From assembly GCA_965214705.1 (NCBI GenBank), contig OZ243972.1, forward strand, positions 3,200,001 to 3,264,000: a DNA stretch of 64,000 nt, written 5' to 3'. The notes beneath the pieces are model-generated. The model made no database searches and had not been told where the DNA came from. It worked only from the letters and a program-made list of their open reading frames with translations. The translations under genes were made by a program, and so were the position numbers. Origin of the DNA: Alphaproteobacteria bacterium. Its GTDB lineage: Bacteria > Pseudomonadota > Alphaproteobacteria > UBA828. Positions 37,493 through 46,870 of the stretch are shown one piece after another. Each line of letters begins with the position of its first letter. Position 1 is the first letter of the stretch.

Positions 37493-38251
37493 ATGAGCAA
37501 GCCGACAGTCATGATCACGGGCGCCGGAATCGGCATCGGCCACGCCACCGCCTTGGCCTTCGGCCGGGCCGGCTACCACGTCTACGTCACCGACGTGCTC
37601 GACGAGGAGGGGCAAGGGACCGTTGCCGCGATCGAGGCGGAAGGCGGCAGCGCGAGCTTCAGCAACGTCGACGTGACCGACAGCGCCAACGTGAACGACG
37701 CGGTTGCGGCCGCCGAAGCCGCCACCGGCCCGCTGGACGCCGCCATCGCCAACGCCGGCATCGCCCACAAGGTGCCGCTCACCGAGATGAGCGACGAGAA
37801 GTGGGACCATACCCTCGATGTCGACCTCTCGGGCGTGTTCCGTTTGTTGCGCGCTGCGGCGCCGGGAATGCGCGAGGCGAAGCGCGGCGCGATGGTGGCC
37901 GTCTCCTCGGTCATGGGTACAACCTGGGGCTGGCACGACCACGTGCAGTACAACGCGGCGAAGTCCGGCGTGGTCGGGCTGGTGCGCGGCATGGCCTGTG
38001 ACCTGGGCAGCGACGGCATCCGCGTCAACGGCATCGCGCCCGGCTTCATCAAGACCGCGCAGGCGCTCTCGACCGTGCACTCGCTCGGGATGGCGGGGCT
38101 GGAGGCGGCCGCTGAGTACATTCCCCTCGGCCGCTACGGCGAGGCGGACGACATCGCCGACGTGATCCTCTTCCTCTGCACCGACGGCGCGCGCTATGTG
38201 AGCGGCCAGACCATCATCGTGGACGGCGGGGTGACCGTGGGGCGGTATTGA
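37493..38251 (+). CDS. short-chain dehydrogenase/reductase (FabG-like)
   Basis: TGAGIGIG, ANAG, YNAAK, IRVNGIAPG, VDGG. Confidence 0.92.
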   Translation: MSKPTVMITGAGIGIGHATALAFGRAGYHVYVTDVLDEEGQGTVAAIEAEGGSASFSNVDVTDSANVNDAVAAAEAATGPLDAAIANAGIAHKVPLTEMSDEKWDHTLDVDLSGVFRLLRAAAPGMREAKRGAMVAVSSVMGTTWGWHDHVQYNAAKSGVVGLVRGMACDLGSDGIRVNGIAPGFIKTAQALSTVHSLGMAGLEAAAEYIPLGRYGEADDIADVILFLCTDGARYVSGQTIIVDGGVTVGRY

Positions 38252-38256
38252 GCGCG

Positions 38257-38883
38257 CTACCAGGTGGCAGGCTTGCGGATGGTCGTGCCGGGGATCGGGT
38301 CCGGCAGTTGAGACTGTTGAAGGACCGTCTTGTTGCGGATGCGTAGCGAAAAGTCGGCGTGTGCAGTCAATTGACGTGAGGGATGCCGGTTTCCCGGAGT
38401 CGCCAGACCGATCAGTTTGCGGTGCTGCTGTTTGACCAAGCGCATCGCCTCGGCGATGTCGCTGTCGTTGGTGACGACGACAGCACAATCGTACTCATCC
38501 AACCAACAATCGTTCAGTAGATGGACCGCTAGGTTGACGTCCGAGGCCTTCTCCTCGGTCCTGATCACCTCGGCGGTGCGCTGACGAGTGGTTGGTGCCG
38601 CCAGCGGCAACCGGACATTGTGGCTGAGGAAGCGGCCCAAGTGGATTTCGATTTCGGGTCGATAGCGCTGTAGCGCACGAAGGTAAACGTGCTGTCTTCG
38701 GGCTTTCGCCGGATCACTGGGCGTTGCCGATACGCGCGCCGTGAAATACTTGATGCTGAGTATTTGATGATGCGGTTGGAGCATGTTCTGAAACAGTGCG
38801 AACAGGTCCAACCACTTCCATGACGAGCCCTTGAGTACCCCGTAGTAGAGGTTGAACCCGTCGACGTAAACGTAAGTGCGCAC
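38257..38883 (-). CDS. NYN-domain (PIN-like) protein
   Basis: YVDGFNLYY, KWLDL, KYFTA, EEKASDVNLA, TNDSD; GGAG RBS before GTG 38883. Confidence 0.88.
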   Translation of the reverse strand: MRTYVYVDGFNLYYGVLKGSSWKWLDLFALFQNMLQPHHQILSIKYFTARVSATPSDPAKARRQHVYLRALQRYRPEIEIHLGRFLSHNVRLPLAAPTTRQRTAEVIRTEEKASDVNLAVHLLNDCWLDEYDCAVVVTNDSDIAEAMRLVKQQHRKLIGLATPGNRHPSRQLTAHADFSLRIRNKTVLQQSQLPDPIPGTTIRKPATW

Positions 38884-38903
38884 CAATTGCTCCAAATTGA
38901 AGA

Positions 38904-38925
38904 CGGGGCCTCCGAAGAGGCCCCG
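38904..38925 (-). terminator. terminator-like hairpin in the leader of the NYN gene
   Basis: Minus strand CGGGGCCTC-TTCG-GAGGCCCCG followed by TCTTCAATTT. Confidence 0.55.
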
Positions 38926-39163
38926 CACCCTGCGGTCGAAGCCCCAGGGGGAGTTGCCCGTGACATATCCCCGATCCCGTGAAGCGTCAAGAGGGGAAAG
39001 GTCAGAGGGTGGCGTTAGTGCCCAGTTGCGCGAACCGTACGCGGTTCTGGATGTAGGCGCTGATGCGGGGTGGGACGATATCCTACCCAGAATATCGAGC
39101 AGTTTCGCTCCCGCAACTGCGGTCTGACGTCAACCAGCTACCGTGTGGGGCGCAAATCTCGTC

Positions 39164-40429
39164 TCAGTCGTCCTTCTCCGCGCCGAAGGAGCCGATGACG
39201 GCGCCGTTCGTGAACTGAGCGTCGAAGGTGCCGGCCACGCCGGACGGCAATGTGGACTGGTTCCCTGGCATCGTATTGTCGCCGTCGACGGCCACAGGTC
39301 CGAAGAACCGACCGTCCTATGAGCCCATCATGCCTTGGTCGCCCTCGGTCGTGCCACGGAACGTGCCGCCTTGTTGACTGCCGAACCGCGCTGCCTCCAG
39401 CTCGACACTCCAGCTTGTGTCGATGGGGCTGCCGCGCTGGTCCCCGAAATCCTCGATCGTGCCGACGATCGAGTAGTGCTTGTTGACGGCCACGTCGTCG
39501 CCGCCAAAGTAGGCCGTCAGCGTCGCATCGGCGATGAACTGGCCGCCCGTCCGGTTCTGGACTTCGCCGTCCAACGTGAAAGTTCTGATCACGTAGAGAC
39601 CCGTCGCCGCACCACTGTAACTGGCCTGACCCTCGAGGCTTTGAACGGTGCCGATTGCGGACTCGGCGGTTCCGCCGGCTATGGCGGCTGCCATGATGAC
39701 GGGCTGGTCGTTCACTTCCGCCTCATTCATCCAGTAGCCGAAATGGATGTAGTCGGAGTCAGGCACCGGCACTGGGAACTCATCGTCGTTGGGTGCGAAG
39801 ATCCAGTCGCCGCCGACGGCGTTCAATTCTGCGTCCATATTGGTTGAGAGAGTGCACATCGAGACGCAGGTGTAGGTGCCCGGCGCGCCATCGAACATGC
39901 CCATGAACGTATCGTCGTCCGTGAACGGCACGCCCACCTGATTGACAGCGGACGGGAACTCAGCCACGCCACTGACTAACCCCACGTTTGAGTTGTCGAC
40001 GATCAAAGAGTCATTCGCTGCGTCGTTGTCCGCGTCATAATCGAACGGATAAACATCGCTGAACGGCGTGTCCTCCGGCGCGTCTTTGTTGCTGTAGATC
40101 ACGAACGTATCTGTCGAATCCGACGCAGTCGTTCGCTCGTACACGATGTCGGCCCAGCCGGCGATTGTGGCTCTGGCCGCGTCGGCTGTCTCCTCGAGCA
40201 TCGTACCGTCCGCGGGCGTCCCCGAGCCGTCCGCGGTCAGCAGGTCGGGCGCCGTTGACGGCGGATCCGCAGTGATTGCCGCGTCGAGCGCCTCACCGCT
40301 GGCTGTGGGCATCGCCGGAGGGGACGACCCGTCACCGCCTCCGCCACCGCAGGCAGACAGGCCTCCGGCCAGGCTTCCAACCATCAGGAGTGCCGTTACC
40401 GAGCGAAGGGATTGGGTCTGGCGTCTCAT
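39164..40429 (-). pseudogene. surface lipoprotein with TbpB-like C-terminal barrel, interrupted by an in-frame TAG at 39317-39319
   Basis: Lipobox LSAC followed by GGGGGDG; Y..FGYW; ASYSGAATGLY; frame continues GS*DGRFFGP...VAGTFDAQF.NGAVIGSFGA to TGA at 39164. Confidence 0.75.
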
Positions 40430-40788
40430 GGCATCAGGTTCCTCGGCAGCGTGGGTGGGCCGGCGGCAGCGGCCCAATGGGGGAGTGCGACGCTCCGCCA
40501 ACTCCAAGCGAGTCTTGCAAGCGCGCGCCGTTCAGGGAGCGACCTCTCGAAGCATCCCGGCGGCGTCGCGACTCGAGAGAAGCATGCCGAAAACGGTGGG
40601 GCGCTCAGAACGGCAAGTCAACACGGCGCAGGGAGCAGGGCGAATTTGTCCAAGCCTGATTTTTGAGTTCTGCGCTACGAGTTGACCTTGGGTCTGGTCA
40701 GCGCGCGCCAACCCTGCTATGGATTGAGGCGACTGGATTCGCGGTGTTCTGCTGCGGATCGGCTTCGAGCAGGGGGACGGTTTCTACG

Positions 40789-41847
40789 GTGGATCTTTCC
40801 GAGGTCGATGTCGCTGCTGTCCGGCCGGAGGACGAGGCCCGGTTCCGCGCGCTGATGGAGGGGCATCACTACCTGGGTGCGTCTGCGAAGGTGGGGGCGA
40901 CGGCGTGGTACGTCGCCCATCGGCGCGGCGAGTGGCTGGCGCTGGCCGTGTTTTCGGCTGCGGCGCGCAAGTGCCGGGCGCGGGACGAGTGGATCGGCTG
41001 GGACTTCCGCACGCAGCACGGGCGGCTGCATCTGATCGCGAACAACGCGCGCTTCCTGATCCTGCCGGGACGGGGTGTTCCGAACCTCGGCTCGCGGGTG
41101 CTGGGGCTTTGCGCGCGGCGCTTGGCGCGCGACTGGCCGGCCCGCTTCGGCCACCCCGTGCTGATGCTGGAAACATTCGTGGACGCGGCGAGGTTCCGGG
41201 GCACGGTCTACCGGGCGGCTGGATGGCTGGCGGTCGGCCAGACCCGCGGCTTCCGGCGCCACCGCTCGGGCTATGTCGCCGGCTCGACGCCGAAGCTTGT
41301 GCTGCTGCGCCCCCTGGTTCCCGACGCCTGCCGCCGGCTGTCCGCTGCCGGGCTGGATCGGGAGTTGTGGAAGAAAGGAGTTCCGAGAACCATGATCAGC
41401 GCCGCTCAGCAAGAGTCGCTCTACGCCTACTTCAAGGACATCGACGACCCCCGCACGCGCAAGGGACGGCGGCATTCGCTGCCCAGCGTGCTCGCGCTTG
41501 CGAGTGGCGCGACGCTCTGCGGCATGCGAGGCTGGAAGGCCATCTCCGAGTGGGTCGACGATCTCGGCGAGAAGGCGCTGGCCCGCTTCGGCGTGCGGCT
41601 GCGCGACGGGGTGCGCCGGCCGCCTTCGATGTCGACCATCCGCAATGTGGTGATCCGGGTGGACCCGGACCAGTTGGACGAGGCGTTGCGCAAGTGGCAG
41701 GAGGCCCACGGCTCAGGCGACGCGGCGCTTGCCATCGACGGCAAGACCCTGAGGGGGGCCATCGACGAGGACGGGACCCAGGCTCATGTCATGAGCGCGG
41801 TCGGGCACGAGACCAAGGCCACGCTCGCCCAAAAAAACTTCTCCTGA
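40789..41847 (+). CDS. DUF4338 (DruA-like) domain fused to the N-terminal part of an ISAs1 transposase
   Basis: HHYLG, RDEWIGW, NNARFLILP, LETFVD, GTVYRAAGW; then DPR..GRRH.L and AIDGKTLRG. Confidence 0.82.
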   Translation: MDLSEVDVAAVRPEDEARFRALMEGHHYLGASAKVGATAWYVAHRRGEWLALAVFSAAARKCRARDEWIGWDFRTQHGRLHLIANNARFLILPGRGVPNLGSRVLGLCARRLARDWPARFGHPVLMLETFVDAARFRGTVYRAAGWLAVGQTRGFRRHRSGYVAGSTPKLVLLRPLVPDACRRLSAAGLDRELWKKGVPRTMISAAQQESLYAYFKDIDDPRTRKGRRHSLPSVLALASGATLCGMRGWKAISEWVDDLGEKALARFGVRLRDGVRRPPSMSTIRNVVIRVDPDQLDEALRKWQEAHGSGDAALAIDGKTLRGAIDEDGTQAHVMSAVGHETKATLAQKNFS

Positions 41848-42581
41848 AAGTCGGGGCCGACGAGGAGACAAAGCGCACCAACGAGATCGGCACCGTGACG
41901 GCGCTGGTGGACCTGATCCCGAACATCGCGGGCAAGACGGTCACGACGGACGCGCTGCTAACCCAGCGCAAGTTCGCCCGCTACCTGCTCGACCGGGGCG
42001 CGCACTTCATGTTCATCGTGAAAGGGAACCAGAAGACCATGCGGGACGATGTGACGCTGCTCTTCGAAGAGGCGCCGGAGCGTGAGCCTGACTTCGAGGA
42101 GGAGGCCGCGCTGTCGCACGGACGCATCGAGCAGCGGGCAATCTGGACGAGCACGGAGTTGAACGGCTTTCTCGACTTCCCGGGCGTCGGCCAGGTCTTC
42201 ATGATCGAGCGCTCCCGCCAGGACAAGAAGACCGGCGAGACCGGCACCGAGACCGCCTACGGGATCTCCAGCCACACGCCCGGCACGGCCAACGCGCAGA
42301 GCCTGCTCGCCCTCAACCGCGGCCACTGGTGCATCGAGAACAGCTCGCACCACTGCCTCGACTGGACCTGGGACGAGGACCGCAGCCGCATACGCACAGG
42401 CTTCGGCCCCGAGAACATGACCCGCCTGCGGCGCTTCGCCATCGGCCTGATCAAGGGCCGGGGGCTCGAGGTCGCCTCGACCGTGCGCAGGCTCGCCCGC
42501 AACGTCCGCGCCGTCCTCGACTTCCTGAAAATGACCGGGAACACCCAGCCGAGGACCGCAAAGCGCGCCGCGCCGGCCTGA
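41832..42581 (+). CDS. ISAs1 transposase C-terminal part, in the -1 frame
   Basis: TNEI, TTDALLTQ, VKGNQ, HGRIE.R, RGHWCIEN, DEDRSR. Confidence 0.85.
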   Translation, partial: KKLLLKVGADEETKRTNEIGTVTALVDLIPNIAGKTVTTDALLTQRKFARYLLDRGAHFMFIVKGNQKTMRDDVTLLFEEAPEREPDFEEEAALSHGRIEQRAIWTSTELNGFLDFPGVGQVFMIERSRQDKKTGETGTETAYGISSHTPGTANAQSLLALNRGHWCIENSSHHCLDWTWDEDRSRIRTGFGPENMTRLRRFAIGLIKGRGLEVASTVRRLARNVRAVLDFLKMTGNTQPRTAKRAAPA

Positions 42582-42897
42582 ACCCCGGCGCCCGGCAAGC
42601 CGGGCGCAAAGATCGTACCTGCCTCGCTCCCGACCACGCCGGTGGCGCGATCCATCATGTCGGGGCACCGCCAAATCGCGACGGCACCGCCCGCACCGCC
42701 CACACGGTAATGCCAGAACCCTCTGACCGAACCGGATGCTCGGCCAGACCCCGCCGCAAACCCCGCAACAAAGCCGATCCGCACAACCCGTGGCCAGAAC
42801 TCAACTGCCTACCAGCCGCTTGGACAAATTTGCCCTGGCGCAGGGAGGGAGGTTCCGTACGCCGGCCTTGCGCCGAGACGACGATGCGCTGCCGGGA

Positions 42898-43503
42898 CTA
42901 AAGGACGGCGTCCTTGCCCAACAGCGCCGCGCGGAAGCGGTCCTTGAGGTAGGCGCCGTCGCGGGGCGGGAGGACGCGGGGCAGGGGCTCGGCGTGCACC
43001 TTCACCGTGAGGAAGGTCGGGCCGGGCGTCTCGTGCACCAGCGGGAGCGCGGCGCGGAGGCCGGCTTCGTCCGCGACCTGCTGCGCCTCGACGAAGCCAC
43101 AGGCGGCGGCTGCGGCGGCGAGATCGGTGCGGTGCGCGGTGTGGGTGGGCTGCATCCCGGTCTCGCCATGGCGCTCGTTGTCGAGCACGACGACGGCGAG
43201 ATTGGGCGGCGCCTGGGACGCGATGGTGGCGAGGCTCGCGAGCCCCATCAGCATGTCGCCGTCGCCCGTCAGCACCAGCACGCGGCGCGCGGGCTGCGCC
43301 AGGGCGAGACCGAGCCCGATCATCGACGCATTGCCCATGGCGCCCCAGAGCGAGAAGTGCAGCGGATTGTCGCCGAGCGCGGCACAGTCCCAGGTGGCAG
43401 AGCCCAGGCCGGGAACCACAAGCACGTCGTCGCGGCCTTCGAGCAGAACCGCCGTCGCCGTGCGCCGGTCCAGGGTCGTCTCGGGCCGTTCCCTGCCGCT
43501 CAT
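42898..43503 (-). CDS. TPP-dependent decarboxylase beta subunit (sulfopyruvate/phosphonopyruvate type)
   Basis: GAMG...GLGLA, GDGDMLM, DN..H.ETG.QPT. Confidence 0.82.
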   Translation of the reverse strand: MSGRERPETTLDRRTATAVLLEGRDDVLVVPGLGSATWDCAALGDNPLHFSLWGAMGNASMIGLGLALAQPARRVLVLTGDGDMLMGLASLATIASQAPPNLAVVVLDNERHGETGMQPTHTAHRTDLAAAAAACGFVEAQQVADEAGLRAALPLVHETPGPTFLTVKVHAEPLPRVLPPRDGAYLKDRFRAALLGKDAVL

Positions 43504-44024
43504 CCGTCGAAGCTCTTGGCGCCGATCACGCGCTGGCCGATGAGGACCGCAGCCGCCGCCTGGCTTTCAAAGGCGATGGCGGCGGCGGCGGCGATGGTTT
43601 CGAAGGCGTCATCCGCGTCATCCACACGGGAGACGATCACGCCGCATTCTTCGAGATGGGCTGCGGTCCCCTGGCCCATGGGGAGCTGCCACGGATTGGT
43701 CTCGCCCCACTCACCCCGCATGGTGACGAGGCTGAGGAAGGGGAAGCGGCAGGTGCGGATCAGCGAGAGCGCGGCGACGCAGTTGCCGGCCCCGCTCGAC
43801 TGCATCAGCAGCGCCGCGCGCTCGCCGCCGAGCCAGGCGCCGGCGATCAGCGCGGGGCCTTCCTGCTCATGGGCCAGCAGCACCGTGCGCATGGTCTCGT
43901 CGGCCTCGCACAGGCCGAGCAGCGCCGACAGGCCGCCATCCGGCACGTAGGCGACCTGGCGCACGCCGGCCGCGCGCAGCGCCCGGTGGGCGTGGGCGCC
44001 CCAGCCGGAGGCAGTTCCGCTCAC
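43500..44024 (-). CDS. TPP-dependent decarboxylase alpha subunit
   Basis: YVPD, EQEG...AGAWLGG, LMQSSG.GN, RGEWGE.NPWQ. Confidence 0.82.
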   Translation of the reverse strand: MSGTASGWGAHAHRALRAAGVRQVAYVPDGGLSALLGLCEADETMRTVLLAHEQEGPALIAGAWLGGERAALLMQSSGAGNCVAALSLIRTCRFPFLSLVTMRGEWGETNPWQLPMGQGTAAHLEECGVIVSRVDDADDAFETIAAAAAIAFESQAAAAVLIGQRVIGAKSFDG

Positions 44025-44067
44025 CGGCGGTTCCGAACGTCGAGGATGGAGGAGGTACGCGCGCGGG

Positions 44068-44388
44068 CTATTCGGTGCTGACCTGGCCCTTCGCCTCGTC
44101 CAGCAGGCGCTCCATCTGCGTGCGGATCAGGTGATCGTCGGCCTCGATGCCCTTCTGCGTCAGGTCGCCGACCACCTTGCGGACCACGTCGTCGTCGCCC
44201 GGCTCCTCGAAATCGGCCATGACCACCTGCTTGGCGTAGGCCTCGGCATCGTCGCCCGCGATGCCCATCTTCTCCGCCGCCCACAGGCCGAGAAGCTTGT
44301 TGCGCCGGGCGATGACCTTGAACTGAAACTCCTGATCGTGCTTGAACTTCGCCTCGGCGGCTTTCTTGCGGTCATCGAACGTGTTCAT
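44068..44388 (-). CDS. DUF1476 / ATPase inhibitor zeta subunit family
   Basis: MNTFDDR...E.KF.HD, ARRNKLLGLWAAE, DFEEPGD. Confidence 0.88.
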   Translation of the reverse strand: MNTFDDRKKAAEAKFKHDQEFQFKVIARRNKLLGLWAAEKMGIAGDDAEAYAKQVVMADFEEPGDDDVVRKVVGDLTQKGIEADDHLIRTQMERLLDEAKGQVSTE

Positions 44389-44487
44389 ACCCCAGGCTCC
44401 CAGCCGATGATTGGACGCGCGCGCATTGTGCCAGAGCGGCCCGCGCCGGTCCACGGCGGGCGCGGCCCCTTCGGCGGGTAAGGCGGC

Positions 44488-45237
44488 ATGTGCACACTTG
44501 TGATCCTGCGGCGCCCCGGCCACGACTGGCCGGTCGTGATCGCCGCCAACCGCGACGAGATGATCGACCGCGCGTGGCGGGGGCCGGACCGCCATTGGCC
44601 CGACCGGGCGCACGTGACCGCAGGCCAGGACGAGCTCGCCGGCGGAAGCTGGCTCGGCGTCAACGACGACGGCGTCTGCGCCGGCATCCTGAACCGCACC
44701 GGCGCGCTCGGGCCGGCGGCGGGCAAGCGCTCGCGGGGCGAGCTGGTGCTGGACGCGCTGGATCATGCCGATGCCGCGGCTGCGGCCATGGCACTCGCCG
44801 ATATCGACGGTGCGGCTTATCGCCCCTTCAACCTCGTGGTGGCCGATTCCGATGAGGCGTTCTGGCTGCGCCATGACGGCGGCAAGGCCCCTGTGTTTCA
44901 TGCGCTGCCGGAGGGGCTTTCCATGTTCACCGCGCGCGAGCGCAACGACGCGAACTCAGCGCGAATCCGAACCCATCTCGAGGACTTCGAGGGCGCGGCA
45001 CCGCCCGATCCCGAGCGGGGCGCGTGGGAGGACTGGGCCGCGTTGCTCGCACGGGGGGCGCGCGACTCGGGCGGCGACCCGGAGGCCGCCATGTGCATCG
45101 AGCCCGTCGGCGGATTCGGGACGGTCAACGCCTCGCTGATCGCGCTCCCGCGCCCTGGCCGGCCCGACACCGCCCCTGTGTGGCTTTTCGCGGCAGGGCC
45201 ACCGAATCGTCATCCATTTGAAAAGATTGAGATTTAG
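44488..45237 (+). CDS. NRDE/TANGO2 family protein
   Basis: MC start, AANRDE, GGSWLG, SRGELV. Confidence 0.88.
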   Translation: MCTLVILRRPGHDWPVVIAANRDEMIDRAWRGPDRHWPDRAHVTAGQDELAGGSWLGVNDDGVCAGILNRTGALGPAAGKRSRGELVLDALDHADAAAAAMALADIDGAAYRPFNLVVADSDEAFWLRHDGGKAPVFHALPEGLSMFTARERNDANSARIRTHLEDFEGAAPPDPERGAWEDWAALLARGARDSGGDPEAAMCIEPVGGFGTVNASLIALPRPGRPDTAPVWLFAAGPPNRHPFEKIEI

Positions 45238-45387
45238 AGCGCCATCGTGGCGGCCGATTCGCGCGGTCCGACCGGCACGACCGACAACAGGTAATTGTAC
45301 TGGCCCCCTGTTCTGACTATGTTGGCAACGTAACGGGCGGGCACGGCGCCGACCCGGCGTGATGCCCCCACATCGAGGATCCCCACC

Positions 45388-46161
45388 ATGTCCCGTCGCA
45401 GGCGGATCTACGAAGGCAAGGCGAAGGTCCTTTACGAAGGGCCCGAGCCCGGCACCCTGGTGCAGTACTTCAAGGACGACGCCACGGCCTTCAACAACAA
45501 GAAGCAGGGCGTGATAACCGGCAAGGGCGTGCTCAACAACCGCATCTCCGAGCACCTGATGGCGCGTCTCAACGAGATCGGCGTGCCCACCCATTTCATG
45601 CGCCGGCTCAACATGCGCGAGCAACTGATTCGCGAGGTGGAGATCATCCCGGTCGAGGTGATCATCCGCAACTACGCCGCCGGCACGCTGGTCAAGCGGC
45701 TCGGCCTCAAGGAGGGCGTCCAGCTGCCGCGCTCCATCGTCGAGTACTGCTACAAGAACGACGAGCTCGACGACCCGCTGGTCTCGGAGGAGCACATCAC
45801 CGCCTTCGGCTGGGCGACGCCCCAGGAGCTCGACGACATCCTCTCCATGTCACTCCGCATCAACGACTTCCTCAGCGGGCTGTTCCACGGCATCGGCATC
45901 AGGCTGGTGGACTTCAAGCTGGAGTTCGGTCGGCTCTGGCACGGCGAGGACATGCGCATCGTGCTCGCCGACGAGATCACGCCCGACAGCTGCCGGCTCT
46001 GGGATATCGAGACCAACGAGAAGCTGGACAAGGACCGCTTCCGCCGCGATCTCGGCCGGGTCTCCGAGGCCTATCAGGAGGTCGCCCGGCGGCTCGGCCT
46101 GATGCCGGAGACGGTGGTGCAGGCAGTGAACGGCGCCGGCAACGACGACGAGCGCGCGTGA
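45388..46161 (+). CDS. purC: SAICAR synthetase
   Basis: [38 protein letters not shown]. Confidence 0.96.
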   Translation: MSRRRRIYEGKAKVLYEGPEPGTLVQYFKDDATAFNNKKQGVITGKGVLNNRISEHLMARLNEIGVPTHFMRRLNMREQLIREVEIIPVEVIIRNYAAGTLVKRLGLKEGVQLPRSIVEYCYKNDELDDPLVSEEHITAFGWATPQELDDILSMSLRINDFLSGLFHGIGIRLVDFKLEFGRLWHGEDMRIVLADEITPDSCRLWDIETNEKLDKDRFRRDLGRVSEAYQEVARRLGLMPETVVQAVNGAGNDDERA

Positions 46162-46167
46162 GACCGC

Positions 46168-46410
46168 GTGCGAGCCCGAGTCCACATCACCCTCAAGCCC
46201 GGCGTTCTCGACCCCCAAGGCAAGGCGATCGCGAGCACGCTCGCCCGCATGGGATTCGCCGGCGTGGAGGACGTGCGTCAGGGCAAGTACCTGGAGCTCG
46301 ACCTCGCCGAGACCGACCCGGCAATCGCGAGGGAGCAGCTCGACGCCATGTGCGCGCGCCTGCTCGCGAATACCGTGATCGAGGACTACACCATCGACCT
46401 CGCCGAATGA
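46168..46410 (+). CDS. purS: FGAM synthase subunit PurS
   Basis: LKPGVLDPQG, VRQGK, LLANTVIEDY. Confidence 0.95.
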   Translation: MRARVHITLKPGVLDPQGKAIASTLARMGFAGVEDVRQGKYLELDLAETDPAIAREQLDAMCARLLANTVIEDYTIDLAE

Positions 46411-46671
46411 GCCGGCCCGCCGCGTCAGACTCCCCGGACCTTGTTCCGGTGCACGGGGCGCGGCGCCCGCGCCACGATCGCGCCATGTTGCGCGAGGGAA
46501 AGCGGGGCACGGCAATCCGAAGCGAGGCGAACGAGCGCGGGGCGGGGGCTGCGTTGATGGCCGCGGATCGCGCTAACGCCGCGGCTATGGGCGGTGGTCG
46601 CATGTCCCCCGCAATCTCAGCCATCCCGCTTAATCCCGGCGTAGCCCGGATAAAATTTGTTTGCACGCTGT

Positions 46672-46831
46672 CCCACCTCTCCCTGTCCCTCTCCCCCCGA
46701 AGGGCGGAGAGGGGACGTAGGCGGCGCAGCCCGTTCTTCCGTTTCTCTCCCTGGGGCGGAGAGGGGACGCAGGCGGCACCAACCTTTTCTCCCTCTCCTC
46801 CCCTCGGGGGAGGAGAGGGTCGGGGTGAGGA
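46672..46831. repeat. cluster of CCCTCTCCC...GGAGAGGG palindromic intergenic repeats
   Basis: TCCCTCTCCCCCCGAAGGGCGGAGAGGGGA, CTCTCCCTGGGGCGGAGAGGGGA and CCCTCTCCTCCCCTCGGGGGAGGAGAGGG between purS and purQ. Confidence 0.7.
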
Positions 46832-46870
46832 GGGGGGTCTTCTTCGCGCTTTCTCGGCCGGCAGTCCGCG

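Larger units (their letters stand above)
40636..42837 (+). mobile_element. ISAs1-family insertion sequence, 2202 bp
   Basis: 20-bp terminal IRs CAGGGC(G/A)AATTTGTCCAAGC (19/20 match); 10-bp direct repeat GCGCAGGGAG at 40626-40635 and 42838-42847. Confidence 0.93.

Noticed and set aside
38257-38883. Reading the NYN protein as 6-hydroxy-3-succinoylpyridine hydroxylase (HspA), tempting given the N-heterocycle island
   Set aside because: It shows only PIN/NYN acidic motifs and no flavin-binding motif; that label is commonly propagated to NYN proteins.
39317-39319. Pyrrolysine or recoded TAG
   Set aside because: Many genes in the window end in TAG and no pyl genes are seen; a nonsense mutation is simpler.
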